A stretch of DNA of 64,000 nt from Verrucomicrobiia bacterium. Its GTDB lineage: Bacteria > Verrucomicrobiota > Verrucomicrobiia > Limisphaerales > UBA1319. The stretch's first letter is position 1. Each line of letters starts with the position of its first letter. Under the pieces are notes generated by a model, which was not told the DNA's origin, searched no databases, and was given only the letters and a program-made list of their open reading frames with translations. This document shows positions 49,458-59,467 of this stretch, in pieces. The position numbers and the translations under genes were made by a program. The stretch is taken from assembly GCA_963664225.1 (NCBI GenBank), contig OY760937.1, forward strand, positions 2,016,001-2,080,000, read 5' to 3'.

Positions 49458-51116
49458 TTACCGGACCGGCCCGTTTTTCACCATCACCGCGCTCCGCTTG
49501 AGCAGTTTCTGCTGGCTGACGCAGGCGCCATGGCAGCGGTATTCACAAAGACCGCAGCCCACGCAGGCATCCTCTTTCAAGAAGGGAGCGAGGATGCGGC
49601 CCATCTGTTCGATTTGCTCGGGTGAAAATATGCCTTCAGGAACCGGTCCGGTGGCCAATTGAACCGGGCGCATCTCGATGGCGCGATAGCCGGCGGCGTT
49701 GCATTCATCGAAACAAAGCTGGCATTCGCGCTCGCCGCGATGCGGCAGGCAGATGGTGGTGTCCACGACGGCCAGGCCCATTTGAAAATGGCGCTTGTCG
49801 GCCAATGAAAGCGGTTGAATCGCGCCGGTCGGGCAGACTTGAGTGCAGAAGTTGCAATCCTGGTGGCAGCCGGAATGCGGGAAAATCGCGACGGGAGTCC
49901 AGAGCGCCTCGAAACCGTGTTCCAATCCGGCCGTTTGCAACACCGGACCCGGGCAAACCTTGATGCACTGCTCGCAGCGAATACACAGGTCGAGAAAACG
50001 CTCCTCCGCCACACTGCCTGGCGGGCGTATGGGGTGGGCGCTGGCGGGCGCGGCAAATCGTGTCAGGAGTGCTGCGGCCGTGCCGCCCGCGACGGAACCC
50101 AGCATCGCCCGGCGGGTCAGCGGTTGGCCTGGCGTTACGTTGGATTTCTCACCTGGGGTGCTGCTCGGGGCTGCAACGAAATCAATGGCCCCTGTTGGAC
50201 AAACACCCCCGCAAGTCTGGCAGAACGCACAGTTCAGAGCGCGTGTGCGGAGGTCCGGCTCGATGGCGTCAAACGGGCATGCCTTAACGCACTTGCCACA
50301 CCGGGTGCAACGGTCATTGACCTGCCGTTTGAATCTGCTTAGAAAGCCCGGCAGTGAAAGCAGCGCGCCGCTCGGACAGACGTATCGACACCAAAACCGC
50401 GGGCCGAACAGGCCCAGAAGAAATACCACGGCAAAGCACACGAGCGACACCCACACCGAGGGCGTCATTGGAGGAACCATGCCCCAGTTTTTGGCCAGGC
50501 CAAGTTGCACATTCCCGGCGCCAAAGAGCAGCCCACGCGTCAGCACCGGGATGGCGGCGACGAAGCTGGAAAGGAGTACTCCGCCGCACGCTGACACCAG
50601 CACAGCGGCGAGGAGGTGGAAGCGCAAGTGGACCCACCACCCAACGGGTGGATCTTTGCGCTTGCTGATGCGTTTTCCGACCAGGAAGTCGAACAAGTCA
50701 ATGCTCGTTCCCAGCGGACAGACATAGCCGCAGAAGGCACGCGAAAACATCAGCCCGATCGCCAGCACGGCTGCTGTGCCGAGAAAGGCAGCGTTCCACC
50801 ATCGCGCGGCGATGGCAGTCGAGAGGCCGACCAGCGGGTCAAGCCAAAGGAAGGTCTCCACCGGCAGCCACTCCTTGTCCGGCAGCACCTGACTCGAGAA
50901 CCGCGCGGCGTAAGGCCAGGAAACGAAGAAGAAAAGGTAAAGGTATAACAGGAGGCAGGAGGCCTGGATCAAACGGCGCAAAGGCGCGAACTGCCATGAG
51001 GGACCGATCTTTCGGAGGATTGTGTCGAGAGACTTGCGCCATCCGGCGAATTGTTTCACCCGGCTCGCGGCACGAAAAAGATTCAACGTGCGGAACGGTG
51101 GGCGGCTGGCCTTCAC
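49458..51116 (-). CDS. Membrane polyferredoxin (NapH/MauN-like fused to NapG/MauM-like 4Fe-4S domains)
   Basis: TM helices, CGYVCPLG, CRYVCPSG, several CxxCxxCxxxCP, IRPPGS. Confidence 0.88.
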   Translation of the reverse strand: MKASRPPFRTLNLFRAASRVKQFAGWRKSLDTILRKIGPSWQFAPLRRLIQASCLLLYLYLFFFVSWPYAARFSSQVLPDKEWLPVETFLWLDPLVGLSTAIAARWWNAAFLGTAAVLAIGLMFSRAFCGYVCPLGTSIDLFDFLVGKRISKRKDPPVGWWVHLRFHLLAAVLVSACGGVLLSSFVAAIPVLTRGLLFGAGNVQLGLAKNWGMVPPMTPSVWVSLVCFAVVFLLGLFGPRFWCRYVCPSGALLSLPGFLSRFKRQVNDRCTRCGKCVKACPFDAIEPDLRTRALNCAFCQTCGGVCPTGAIDFVAAPSSTPGEKSNVTPGQPLTRRAMLGSVAGGTAAALLTRFAAPASAHPIRPPGSVAEERFLDLCIRCEQCIKVCPGPVLQTAGLEHGFEALWTPVAIFPHSGCHQDCNFCTQVCPTGAIQPLSLADKRHFQMGLAVVDTTICLPHRGERECQLCFDECNAAGYRAIEMRPVQLATGPVPEGIFSPEQIEQMGRILAPFLKEDACVGCGLCEYRCHGACVSQQKLLKRSAVMVKNGPVR

Positions 51117-52096
51117 TTAAGCCCGGCTTGTTTCAAGGCTTGGAATGTGCCGTCCACAATCGCCTGCGAAGTAATGGTGGCCCCGGTGATGCCGTCCACC
51201 TGCACGCTTTGTTTCTCGATGATGCGCTGCGGGATGATTTTAGTGGCATTGAGATCGATTTTTTCCGCGTGCTTCAGATTCACATCCTTGATTTTGCCCG
51301 TGCTGATCGTGAGGGTGACTTCCATGTCTTGTTTGTCCGAATAGGCCAAGGCTCTGCCGGTGTAGTCGCCGTCGCGCAGCTTGGTGACGGCCAGCGATTG
51401 CATCACCACCAGATCCAGCTTGGTCTGCACCTTGGCCGCGTAACGAGGCAGCAGGTGACGCCCATAAGGCTGATCGGAGGTCGGATAGAGGCGGATGGCT
51501 TCGGCGTAGTGTTCCCTGGCTTTGGCGGGGTCCCCCTTCTTCGCGTAAAGATCCCCATATTGTTCTTGAATGCCGGCAAGGCTGGTGATGCGCCATGGAT
51601 TGGGTGGCAGGTCGTTCATCGCCTGGTCCAGAACGTGGAGGGCTTTGGTGTATTCGCCGAAATGCGCGAGGCACGAGGCGTAACAGAGAAAAATGTGCGT
51701 CGGACCGGTGCCGGCAGCTTTCTCAATGTGTTTCGGAAACTCCAGCGCGGCCCAGGCATAGTTGCCGCTCATGAAGAGGTACATTGGAAACTCGTGACCG
51801 TTTCCGATGTCGTTCTTCTGTGCGTAAAGCCATGTCAGCTTGACTCCCTGGCGCACTGACGCGTCGTCCAGCCCGAGCAAACGGCGCACCTCCAGCCGGG
51901 CATCCGCCCAAGGCCTGGCGGTGTCCCATGTGATGGGAGTGGTGGCGATCCAGTCGGGTGGGACTTTGAGTTGGGCCAGGGTTTCTTCGAGGGATGGAGT
52001 CGGGGCGGAGTCGGCTGCTGAGGCGCCCGGAGACGGCATCACCAACATCACGGAGGCGGCAATCAAACCGAGACGCATAAAGAATGCGTGTTTCAT
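51113..52096 (-). CDS. Secreted protein with TPR-like region and C-terminal FMN-binding domain
   Basis: Signal peptide; DGDYTG...VDGITGATITSQAI flavinylation motif. Confidence 0.82.
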   Translation of the reverse strand: MKHAFFMRLGLIAASVMLVMPSPGASAADSAPTPSLEETLAQLKVPPDWIATTPITWDTARPWADARLEVRRLLGLDDASVRQGVKLTWLYAQKNDIGNGHEFPMYLFMSGNYAWAALEFPKHIEKAAGTGPTHIFLCYASCLAHFGEYTKALHVLDQAMNDLPPNPWRITSLAGIQEQYGDLYAKKGDPAKAREHYAEAIRLYPTSDQPYGRHLLPRYAAKVQTKLDLVVMQSLAVTKLRDGDYTGRALAYSDKQDMEVTLTISTGKIKDVNLKHAEKIDLNATKIIPQRIIEKQSVQVDGITGATITSQAIVDGTFQALKQAGLK

Positions 52097-52187
52097 AGAG
52101 TGAGTGGACCCTAACTAAGACGCTGCGATTCTGTCAATGGGCCTTATTCGGTGCCCCTCTTGTCCAGTGTCCAGGCCTGGAACGCAT

Positions 52188-52646
52188 TCAAACCACCGGT
52201 TTCTGTGGTGTGGTGGCGGCGGTCGTTTGTGAGGCGGTGGCGGGGACTTGGACTGGGGGTTTGGGTTTGGCCTGCTCGCTCCAGGAGATGACGCCCGCGC
52301 CGGCCACGATGAGGATAATCCCCATCCAGCGCGCGCCGGTCACCTGCTCGCGCAGGATGAAATGCGCCGCGATGGGTGTGATGACAAAGCCCAGCGAGGT
52401 CATGGGCCAGACGAAACTCACATCCGCCTGGGACATCAAATACAGAAGCCCGCAGAAGAACAGCGCCTCGAAGAGAATGCCGGTGAGAATGGAGGGATTC
52501 GTCACGCCGCTTTTGACCAGGCGAAACATCTCGGGCACGGAGACCTCGCGCAGATCGCCGATTTCGACGATGCCCTTTTTCAGGAACACCACCCCAACGG
52601 CTTCCAACATCAGGGCGACCAGCAGAACAATCACAATTTTATACAT
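52188..52646 (-). CDS. EamA/DMT family small transporter
   Basis: 4 TM; DVSFVWP.TSL...ILREQV...RW.G. Confidence 0.85.
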   Translation of the reverse strand: MYKIVIVLLVALMLEAVGVVFLKKGIVEIGDLREVSVPEMFRLVKSGVTNPSILTGILFEALFFCGLLYLMSQADVSFVWPMTSLGFVITPIAAHFILREQVTGARWMGIILIVAGAGVISWSEQAKPKPPVQVPATASQTTAATTPQKPVV

Positions 52647-53496
52647 AACTCAAATCCTGGTAGCGAATGCCCTGGATACCCAGGGTTCGCATTTGATCCA
52701 TCACCTTGGGGCTGATCAATGCCGCAAGCTCTTCCGGAGCCTCATCCACGCATGGATGGGAGTAAAGCTCGAAATCCCCCGCCGGCAAACGCGGCAGCAG
52801 GTCCAGCAGATACTTCTCCGTCACGCGGGCGTTCTGGAGCAGGCCGAACACCGCCTGCGTATGGCGAACCCCCGCGCGGTGGAGCACCGGGCGGGCGCGT
52901 CGCGATAACAACGTGAAAATCAGGGCGTGACTCGTCCGGTAAAGCCATTGGCCGGATGTCATCCGCGCATTCATCCAAAACCAGTCCCGGGTGAGGCGAA
53001 ACGCGCGAAATCCGGACGCCCCCGCATGCGACATGAGGAGTTTGAAAACGGCCGGATGCAGGTGGATGTTCAGATGGCCATTCACATGGTCGAGAGGCAA
53101 ACCGGTTTGCGAAAATCGCTCGAATTGAGCCGCAATCTCGGATTGCAACTGGGATTGGAGCGCGCTTCGGAAAAAGAATTCAAAGCCCGCGCGCACCGCA
53201 TTATCGCTGAAGCGGCCGTGCGCATCCGCGAGGTCCGGAATGCGTTCGTGCGGCAAAACCGCATTTCCACAAACCAGGGTTACGTGCAACCCAATGCCCA
53301 GGCGGGGATTGGCCCGAGCCAGCGCCACGGCTTCGTCAAACGCCTCGCCGCCCACCATCAAACTGGCCGAGGTGAGAATGCCTTGTCGATGGGCCTGAAT
53401 GATGGCCTGGTTGCGACTGTGCGAGCGTCCGAAATCATCCGCATTGACGATCAGGCGGGCTCTGCCGCTCTTCGCCCTGGCGTCCTCAGCCGCCAT
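52639..53496 (-). CDS. hpnK: Hopanoid biosynthesis-associated protein HpnK (ChbG/YdjC deacetylase)
   Basis: LIVNADDFG, GLH, DHVNGHLNIHLHP, QAVFGL, ELYSHP. Confidence 0.88.
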   Translation of the reverse strand: MAAEDARAKSGRARLIVNADDFGRSHSRNQAIIQAHRQGILTSASLMVGGEAFDEAVALARANPRLGIGLHVTLVCGNAVLPHERIPDLADAHGRFSDNAVRAGFEFFFRSALQSQLQSEIAAQFERFSQTGLPLDHVNGHLNIHLHPAVFKLLMSHAGASGFRAFRLTRDWFWMNARMTSGQWLYRTSHALIFTLLSRRARPVLHRAGVRHTQAVFGLLQNARVTEKYLLDLLPRLPAGDFELYSHPCVDEAPEELAALISPKVMDQMRTLGIQGIRYQDLSYV

Positions 53497-54388
53497 AACG
53501 CGCGCCTCCGAGGCCGGCCTTGAGCCGCAGCCACGCGCCTAAAATCAGGGCGATTTTTTGCGCCTTGCAGACGCGGGTCAGTTTGGGTTCCAGCACCCGG
53601 TACTGGCGCTGCTCGATCTTCCGCAGCAATTTCCAATACACCGCAGCCATGAGTTCGGCAGCCATCATGGAGGAGCGATCCTCGCTGGGCAGGGCTTCCC
53701 GCGCCAGCTTGAAAAAATGCCGGGCGCGCTGGGCCACACCCGCCGCCAGGTTGTAAAATCGCACCGAATATTCGGATCGAAAAATCTCGTCGGCAGTCAC
53801 ACCAAACCGTTGGCGTTCGCTTTCCGGGAGATAAATCCTGCCGCGCGCGGCGTCCACGCGGACATCGCGGAGGATATTGGTCAATTGCAGCGCCTTGCCC
53901 AGATGCACCGCATAATCGCGGCAGGCGGGGTTGTGGTAGCCGAAAATCTCGATGCTCAACAGGCCCACCGCGCTGGCCACGCGGTAACAGTATTTTTCAA
54001 GCGCCTCATAATCGGCGTAACGAGGGACATCCAGGTCCATCTCGCATCCCTGGATCAGTTCATCGAACAAGGCGAACGGCAGGCGGCAACGGGCGATGAC
54101 CGGCTGCAATTCACGGTTGACGGGAAATTTGGGATCGCCCGCCAGCAAACACGCGGCCCGAATGTCCTCGCGCCAGGCGGCCAGTTCGGAGCGGCGCTGC
54201 CCGACGGGTTTGGAGTCCTCATCGGCCACATCATCCACACTGCGGCAAAAGGCGTAGAGGGCGGCCATGCCCTCGCGCTTTTCGCGCGGGAGCAGGACAA
54301 AGGCCAGGGCGAGGTTTGAAGCGCTCTTGCGAGTGATCTGCTCGCATTCCCCGGTCATGCCAGCCATGGTGTTGGAGGGGCGGGACAT
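53486..54388 (-). CDS. hpnD: Presqualene diphosphate synthase (squalene/phytoene synthase family)
   Basis: LYAFCRSVDDVAD, YCYRVASAVG, ALQLTNILRDV.D..RGRIYLP; adjacent to hpnK. Confidence 0.85.
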   Translation of the reverse strand: MSRPSNTMAGMTGECEQITRKSASNLALAFVLLPREKREGMAALYAFCRSVDDVADEDSKPVGQRRSELAAWREDIRAACLLAGDPKFPVNRELQPVIARCRLPFALFDELIQGCEMDLDVPRYADYEALEKYCYRVASAVGLLSIEIFGYHNPACRDYAVHLGKALQLTNILRDVRVDAARGRIYLPESERQRFGVTADEIFRSEYSVRFYNLAAGVAQRARHFFKLAREALPSEDRSSMMAAELMAAVYWKLLRKIEQRQYRVLEPKLTRVCKAQKIALILGAWLRLKAGLGGARYGG

Positions 54389-54403
54389 GGGCTTGCCAGC
54401 GAC

Positions 54404-54847
54404 TCAGGCCTGCGGTGGCGGGGCGGGCGGGCCGGGAGGCCGCGCGGGAGGCAGGCCGCCGGTTTCGGCCAGCGTGGGGTTGCGGTGACGGTGACTGCGG
54501 CGCATGCGACGCCGACCATGGTGCGCATGCGAGGACCGCTCTTCGTCCTCCGGCTCCTCGTCGGCAGCCTCCCTGACTTCGTTCTCAACAGAAATGGAGC
54601 CCCCATTGCTTTTCGCCTTGTCCTCCGAATGATGGTGGTGGTGATGATGGCTGCGGCGGCGCTTGGAGGATTTGCGGAAAAAGACAGCCCAGACGATTAC
54701 CAGGCTGCAGACCAGAACCACCGCGCCGATGATCAGCAGGATATCGCCAATCATCATGGTCGATGAGGAGTTGATGGTCCCCGCAGAGTTTCCCACAGTG
54801 GCCCGGTCTCCCAAGGCCAGCAATAAAGGTTGAAAAAGGTGGTTCAT
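54404..54847 (-). CDS. Single-pass membrane protein with His/Arg-rich cytoplasmic tail
   Basis: TM then SHHHHHHHS and RRRMRRSHRHRNPTLAETGGLPP; overlaps the regulator stop. Confidence 0.7.
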   Translation of the reverse strand: MNHLFQPLLLALGDRATVGNSAGTINSSSTMMIGDILLIIGAVVLVCSLVIVWAVFFRKSSKRRRSHHHHHHHSEDKAKSNGGSISVENEVREAADEEPEDEERSSHAHHGRRRMRRSHRHRNPTLAETGGLPPARPPGPPAPPPQA

Positions 54848-56271
54848 TGATTATCCCGGGCGGATGGACCCGCCGATTCATCATCAAATCCAGGTCCCCC
54901 GCCAATATTCAGGCGCTGCATGCGATATCTCAAAGCATGCCGACTGATCTTTAACTGGTCGGCCGTCTTAGTCAAACTGTAGTGATAACGTTCGAGAGTC
55001 GCCAAAATGACCTCGCGCTCATAGTTGGACAGATAATCATCGAGCGTTTCAGAGGCGGAAATGGAAACGTCCCCCGATTTTCGCAGGCGCGCCTCCAACT
55101 GAAAATCCGGCAGGCTCTCGGGCCTGATTTCAGGGGTGTTCTCCAGGATCACCGCCCGCTCGATGACGTTTCGCAATTCGCGGACATTGCCGGGCCAATG
55201 GTGTGACTTTAGCTTGGCGATGGCGCCCTGGGAGAGCCGCTGGATGGTTTTATTCATCGACCGGGTGAATTGCGTCAGAAAATGCTCCGCCAGCAGCACG
55301 ATATCCTGGTCCCGTTCGCGCAGAGGCGGCGGGCGGAACTGGACCACGTTGAGCCGGTGGAAGAGGTCCTCCCGGAAATGGTTCTGGCGGATGGCATCGA
55401 TGATGTCGCGGTTCGTGGCGGCGATCAGGCGCACATTGACCTGTAGTTCCTCATTGCCACCCACGCGCGTGAAGGTGCCATCTTCGAGAAAGCGGAGTAA
55501 TTTGGCCTGGAGCGGACGACTCATGTCGCCGATCTCATCCAGGAAGATGGTGCCCCCGCCCGCTTCCTCCACACGCCCGAGCTTTTGCTTGAGCGCGCCG
55601 GTGAAGGATCCCTTCTCGTGCCCGAAAAGCTCACTTTCCAGCAGCGCCTCGGGTATGGCGGCGCAATTGATGCGCACGTAATTGGCGGCTCTGCGCGCGC
55701 TCAGGGAATGAAGGGCGCCGGCCACCAATTCCTTGCCTGTGCCGCTTTCACCCAGGATCAACACGGTGGCGTCCGTGGGGGCGACGGTCTGGATGAGCTG
55801 CTTGAGATCGCGCATTTTCGCGCAATCGCCAATGATCTGGTCCAGTTGGTAAATCTCGCTTCCGCGCGCCTTGAGAGTGATGTTTTCCTCGATCAACTGA
55901 TGGCGCTCGGCGCAGCGGGCCACGGCGTGCAGCAATTCCTCCGGCTCAAAGGGTTTGGCGAGGTAATCGATGGCGCCGGCTTTGATGGCTTCCACGGCCA
56001 GCCTCGGAGTCGCATAGGCGGTGATGAGCAGAATGGGCATTTGGGGCCAGCGCTGGCGGACTTTTTCCAGGAATTCATAGCCGCTCATTCCGCCCAGCCG
56101 GGCGTCGGTGATGACCATGAAGAACTCTTCGGCTTCAAGCGCTTTAAGGCCCTGCTCGGCGGATTCGAGCGTCACCACCTTATAGCCTTCATCGACCATG
56201 ACCGCCTCGAGCGAAAGGCGCATGTTCTTCTCATCGTCGATAATGAGCAACGGCGGCAGATTGGGTTTCAT
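54844..56271 (-). CDS. Sigma54-dependent NtrC-family response regulator
   Basis: Receiver domain; GESGTGKE, ESELFGHEKGSFTGA, FLDEIG, WPGNVREL; Fis-type HTH. Confidence 0.95.
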   Translation of the reverse strand: MKPNLPPLLIIDDEKNMRLSLEAVMVDEGYKVVTLESAEQGLKALEAEEFFMVITDARLGGMSGYEFLEKVRQRWPQMPILLITAYATPRLAVEAIKAGAIDYLAKPFEPEELLHAVARCAERHQLIEENITLKARGSEIYQLDQIIGDCAKMRDLKQLIQTVAPTDATVLILGESGTGKELVAGALHSLSARRAANYVRINCAAIPEALLESELFGHEKGSFTGALKQKLGRVEEAGGGTIFLDEIGDMSRPLQAKLLRFLEDGTFTRVGGNEELQVNVRLIAATNRDIIDAIRQNHFREDLFHRLNVVQFRPPPLRERDQDIVLLAEHFLTQFTRSMNKTIQRLSQGAIAKLKSHHWPGNVRELRNVIERAVILENTPEIRPESLPDFQLEARLRKSGDVSISASETLDDYLSNYEREVILATLERYHYSLTKTADQLKISRHALRYRMQRLNIGGGPGFDDESAGPSARDNQ

Positions 56272-57650
56272 TTACGCAAATTAATCAAGGACCGGGCTGG
56301 CAACGTGACAATAAAACAAGTGCCCTTGCCCAAATCGCTCTCCACTTTGACGGTTCCGCCGTAAATTTCAACGTTGTGTTTCACAATTGCCAGGCCCAGA
56401 CCCGTGCCCTTGGTCTTGGTGGTGTAATAAGGCTCGAAGATTTTGTCCCGCAACTCAGGGGAAATGCCCGGGCCGTCATCGGCGATCTTGATCGCCACGG
56501 TGAAATTCTCGCCCGAGTGCGCGCTCACGGTCACATTGCCCACGCCATTCATGGCTTCGCGGGCGTTTTGCAAGAGATTGATCAGGATTTCGGACAAATG
56601 GTTGCGCTGCATGAGCAGATTGGGCAACGCCGTCCCGTAATCGCGATGCACCGTGACCTCAAAATGGGCCGCCGCCGGATACACCTGCTCAATGGCGCGG
56701 TCCAACTCTTCGGAGGCGCTGAGCCGCTCCAGCCGACCATCCGCCAGTCGGGCGTAACCCATCAGATCCGTGATGATCCGGTCCGAGCGCTCCACCTCCT
56801 CCCGGATGATCCGAATCTGCTGCGTAATCGTCGCCTTGCCCTCCTTGACGTTGCGCTGGAGGTTGAAGGCCGCGTTATTGATGATGCCCAGGGGATTCTT
56901 CAACTGGTGGGCGATCTCCGCCGCCAACTGGCCCGTGACCCGCAGTTGCTCGCGCCGGAGCGCAAATTCACGCGCCTCCTCCTCTGTGCGCTGGTATTTA
57001 TCCACCAACACCTGGAACGCGTAGCAACACAGAGTCATCATGAACAACAATGCCACCCGCAATAAGAACGGCTCGGTGCCCGTTTCAAATTCGCCGTTCA
57101 GCGGGCGGTCGAACTCATAGATCGCCACATCCAGGAAACCCGCCAATATGTAAAAACCGCTGGTGAGCAGGTTCAGGAGAATTTGGAGCGGCGCCTCAGG
57201 AACACTCACCGCGTTGCGCACAATCAATCCCAGAAACACCCAGAACAGCATGCTGTCGAAGCCCCCGGTCAGCAGGGTCAGCCCGGCCAGGGACAATCCG
57301 TCGATCAGCGCGGTGGTAAAAGCCACCCAGCGAATGAACCCCAATGGCAATTGCGCCATGCCCAATAGCATGATTCCGGCGGCCAGGTTGATGATGACGT
57401 AGAAGAAGAAGAACCGCTGGAGAACCTCCATCACCACTTCCTGCGTGGAGTCCTGGGTTGTGGCTGTGTTATCCGCCCAATGCGAAAAAAAGAGGAAATA
57501 CAACAGGATGCCAATGACGATGGCTTTAACCGGCAATCCCACATTGCGCTCCATGAACCGAAGGCGGGACGCCTCTTCCTCGGGGTCGGGCGGAGTGGTA
57601 GCCACCAGTTTGGGCAGGTTGCGCAATGATTGCCAATTAATGAACGCCAT
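56268..57650 (-). CDS. Membrane sensor histidine kinase
   Basis: Multi-TM N-terminus; AHQLKNPL H-box; NLLQNA, DDGPG, GTGLGL. Confidence 0.94.
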   Translation of the reverse strand: MAFINWQSLRNLPKLVATTPPDPEEEASRLRFMERNVGLPVKAIVIGILLYFLFFSHWADNTATTQDSTQEVVMEVLQRFFFFYVIINLAAGIMLLGMAQLPLGFIRWVAFTTALIDGLSLAGLTLLTGGFDSMLFWVFLGLIVRNAVSVPEAPLQILLNLLTSGFYILAGFLDVAIYEFDRPLNGEFETGTEPFLLRVALLFMMTLCCYAFQVLVDKYQRTEEEAREFALRREQLRVTGQLAAEIAHQLKNPLGIINNAAFNLQRNVKEGKATITQQIRIIREEVERSDRIITDLMGYARLADGRLERLSASEELDRAIEQVYPAAAHFEVTVHRDYGTALPNLLMQRNHLSEILINLLQNAREAMNGVGNVTVSAHSGENFTVAIKIADDGPGISPELRDKIFEPYYTTKTKGTGLGLAIVKHNVEIYGGTVKVESDLGKGTCFIVTLPARSLINLRK

Positions 57651-57766
57651 TTTATTTAATTACCGCTTTGAGCCCGAAAAAAACAGGAACCCTTGTGGCC
57701 CAGTGAACGACCTCAAATGCCCGCATGGCATCTGGCCAAAAGTCTCAAGCCACTGGGGAATCCATG

Positions 57767-58336
57767 TCAGACCAGACTGTCCGGCTCTTTTATGAGCATT
57801 TCCAATGCCCGGCTGACAATGGCCTCCACGGGCCACAAACGCCCAATTCCCTCATAGCCGCACGCCAGCATACCCTCTTCCGGCCCAATGAATTGCGCAC
57901 CGCGGCTCTTGAGCGTGGCCACATGGCCCTGGGTGGCCGGGTGCAGCCACATTTTACCGTTCATGGCGGGCGCAATCAGAATTTTCGCCGTGGGATTGAG
58001 CGCCAGCGCCACACAACCCAGGGCATTATCCGCCAGCCCAAGAGCCATTTTCGCCAGCGTGTTTGCCGTGGCGGGGGCCACCAATAAGAGGTCCGCCTCG
58101 TCCGCCCATGCGATATGCGGCGGTTGCCAATCGTCGTTTTGTTCGAAGAGTTCCGTGACCACCGGATTCTTTGACAATGTCTTGAAAGGCAGCGGCTTGA
58201 CGAATTCCTGCGCGTCACGGGTGAGAATCACACGCACCTGGCAGCCCTGCCTGACCAGTTGACTGGTAAGATCGATCGCCTTGTGGGCCGCAATGGAACC
58301 CGTAACTCCCAATACAATAATCGGTTGCTTTCGCAT
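57767..58336 (-). CDS. coaC: Phosphopantothenoylcysteine decarboxylase (standalone CoaC flavoprotein)
   Basis: GVTGSIAA.K, PPHI, APATANTLAK, PAMN, LACGYEG.GRL; no CoaB domain. Confidence 0.88.
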   Translation of the reverse strand: MRKQPIIVLGVTGSIAAHKAIDLTSQLVRQGCQVRVILTRDAQEFVKPLPFKTLSKNPVVTELFEQNDDWQPPHIAWADEADLLLVAPATANTLAKMALGLADNALGCVALALNPTAKILIAPAMNGKMWLHPATQGHVATLKSRGAQFIGPEEGMLACGYEGIGRLWPVEAIVSRALEMLIKEPDSLV

Positions 58337-58523
58337 GACAGTGTGCGCGTCACTATACCCAATGCCCCGCGCCAACCCAAACCAATTCTGCAGGCGAGAT
58401 CGGCTTGCGTTACCGCATGAAAGGCACGTATTCCGCCGAACAGCGGCTTACCGTCATGCTTTTGCGGATGAAAAGAGCCTGCGGAAATATCCACACGCTC
58501 CTTGTCGCCGTGCAGGGGCGATC

Positions 58524-58952
58524 TTACACATTGAGTTCGCCATTTTCGTTGAAGGTGAACATGGGAGCCCAGGCAACCTCCCAATAATAGCCGTCAGGAT
58601 CAGCAAAGTAACCGCTGTGGCCTCCCCAGAACTCATCGCGCCCGGGCCTCGCGATCTTGCCTCCGGCCTTTTCCGCCAACGCAAGCACCTCCGCCACCTC
58701 GGCTTTCGTGCGAACATTGTGGCCCAGAGTGATTCCTCCAAATTGACCGATACACGGACGCACTCCCTCGCCAATGTATTCCGCCAGCCGGTCCAGTGGA
58801 TAGAGAACCAGTCGCGTGCCACCAGTCCTGAAAAAGGCAATCGGCGCCCCTTTTTCAACGGTCGTTGGAAAGCCCAGCCCATCGCGGTAAAAGTGAATCG
58901 AGCGCGTCAAGTCCGCGACGCCGAGGGTTACGGTGGAGATGCGAGATTCCAT
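58524..58952 (-). CDS. VOC/glyoxalase family protein
   Basis: TLGVADL.RS..FYRDGLG; WGGHSGYFADPDGYYWEVA. Confidence 0.92.
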   Translation of the reverse strand: MESRISTVTLGVADLTRSIHFYRDGLGFPTTVEKGAPIAFFRTGGTRLVLYPLDRLAEYIGEGVRPCIGQFGGITLGHNVRTKAEVAEVLALAEKAGGKIARPGRDEFWGGHSGYFADPDGYYWEVAWAPMFTFNENGELNV

Positions 58953-59053
58953 ATGTTTTGGTTATTGAACGGCTATCCGATTATAAGGACTGCCCCTGAT
59001 GTGTCAGCCATGAAACAGGGCACCCCCCACTCCCCGACATTCGATTGAGAGCA

Positions 59054-59467
59054 TTATCGGTCTTTGTCTTCACCCTTTGCCGCCTGCTGTTTGATGTAGT
59101 TCCTGGTTGTCTTCGCGATCAAGACCACGGAAAAAAGCAGCAATCCAATTCCGGTCAAAACCCCCAGGCGATCGCCCATGTTCCAACTTATGCCCAGAAC
59201 AGTGGCCCCCACAGTTGCCATAAGGCCAAAAACCACCCATATCCCAATCACCACAACGAGCCACTGAGGTTGTTCGGCAACCCTGCCGAAATGATGGCCT
59301 TCGACCAGCATTGTCGCAACCGGGTCGGCTGAAGCGCGGGAACCGAGTCGGGCACCGCATTGGCGGCAAGAACTGGCGCCGACTGGATTACCCGTCATGC
59401 ATTGCGTGCAAAGTTCCTGTTCCCCTGCTGGAGCGGGATCCGGGTTTTGATGTGAGTTCTCGTTCAT
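59054..59467 (-). CDS. Hypothetical membrane protein with N-terminal zinc ribbon
   Basis: CTQC...CRQCG then two TM; ATGA coupling to the upstream gene. Confidence 0.7.
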   Translation of the reverse strand: MNENSHQNPDPAPAGEQELCTQCMTGNPVGASSCRQCGARLGSRASADPVATMLVEGHHFGRVAEQPQWLVVVIGIWVVFGLMATVGATVLGISWNMGDRLGVLTGIGLLLFSVVLIAKTTRNYIKQQAAKGEDKDR

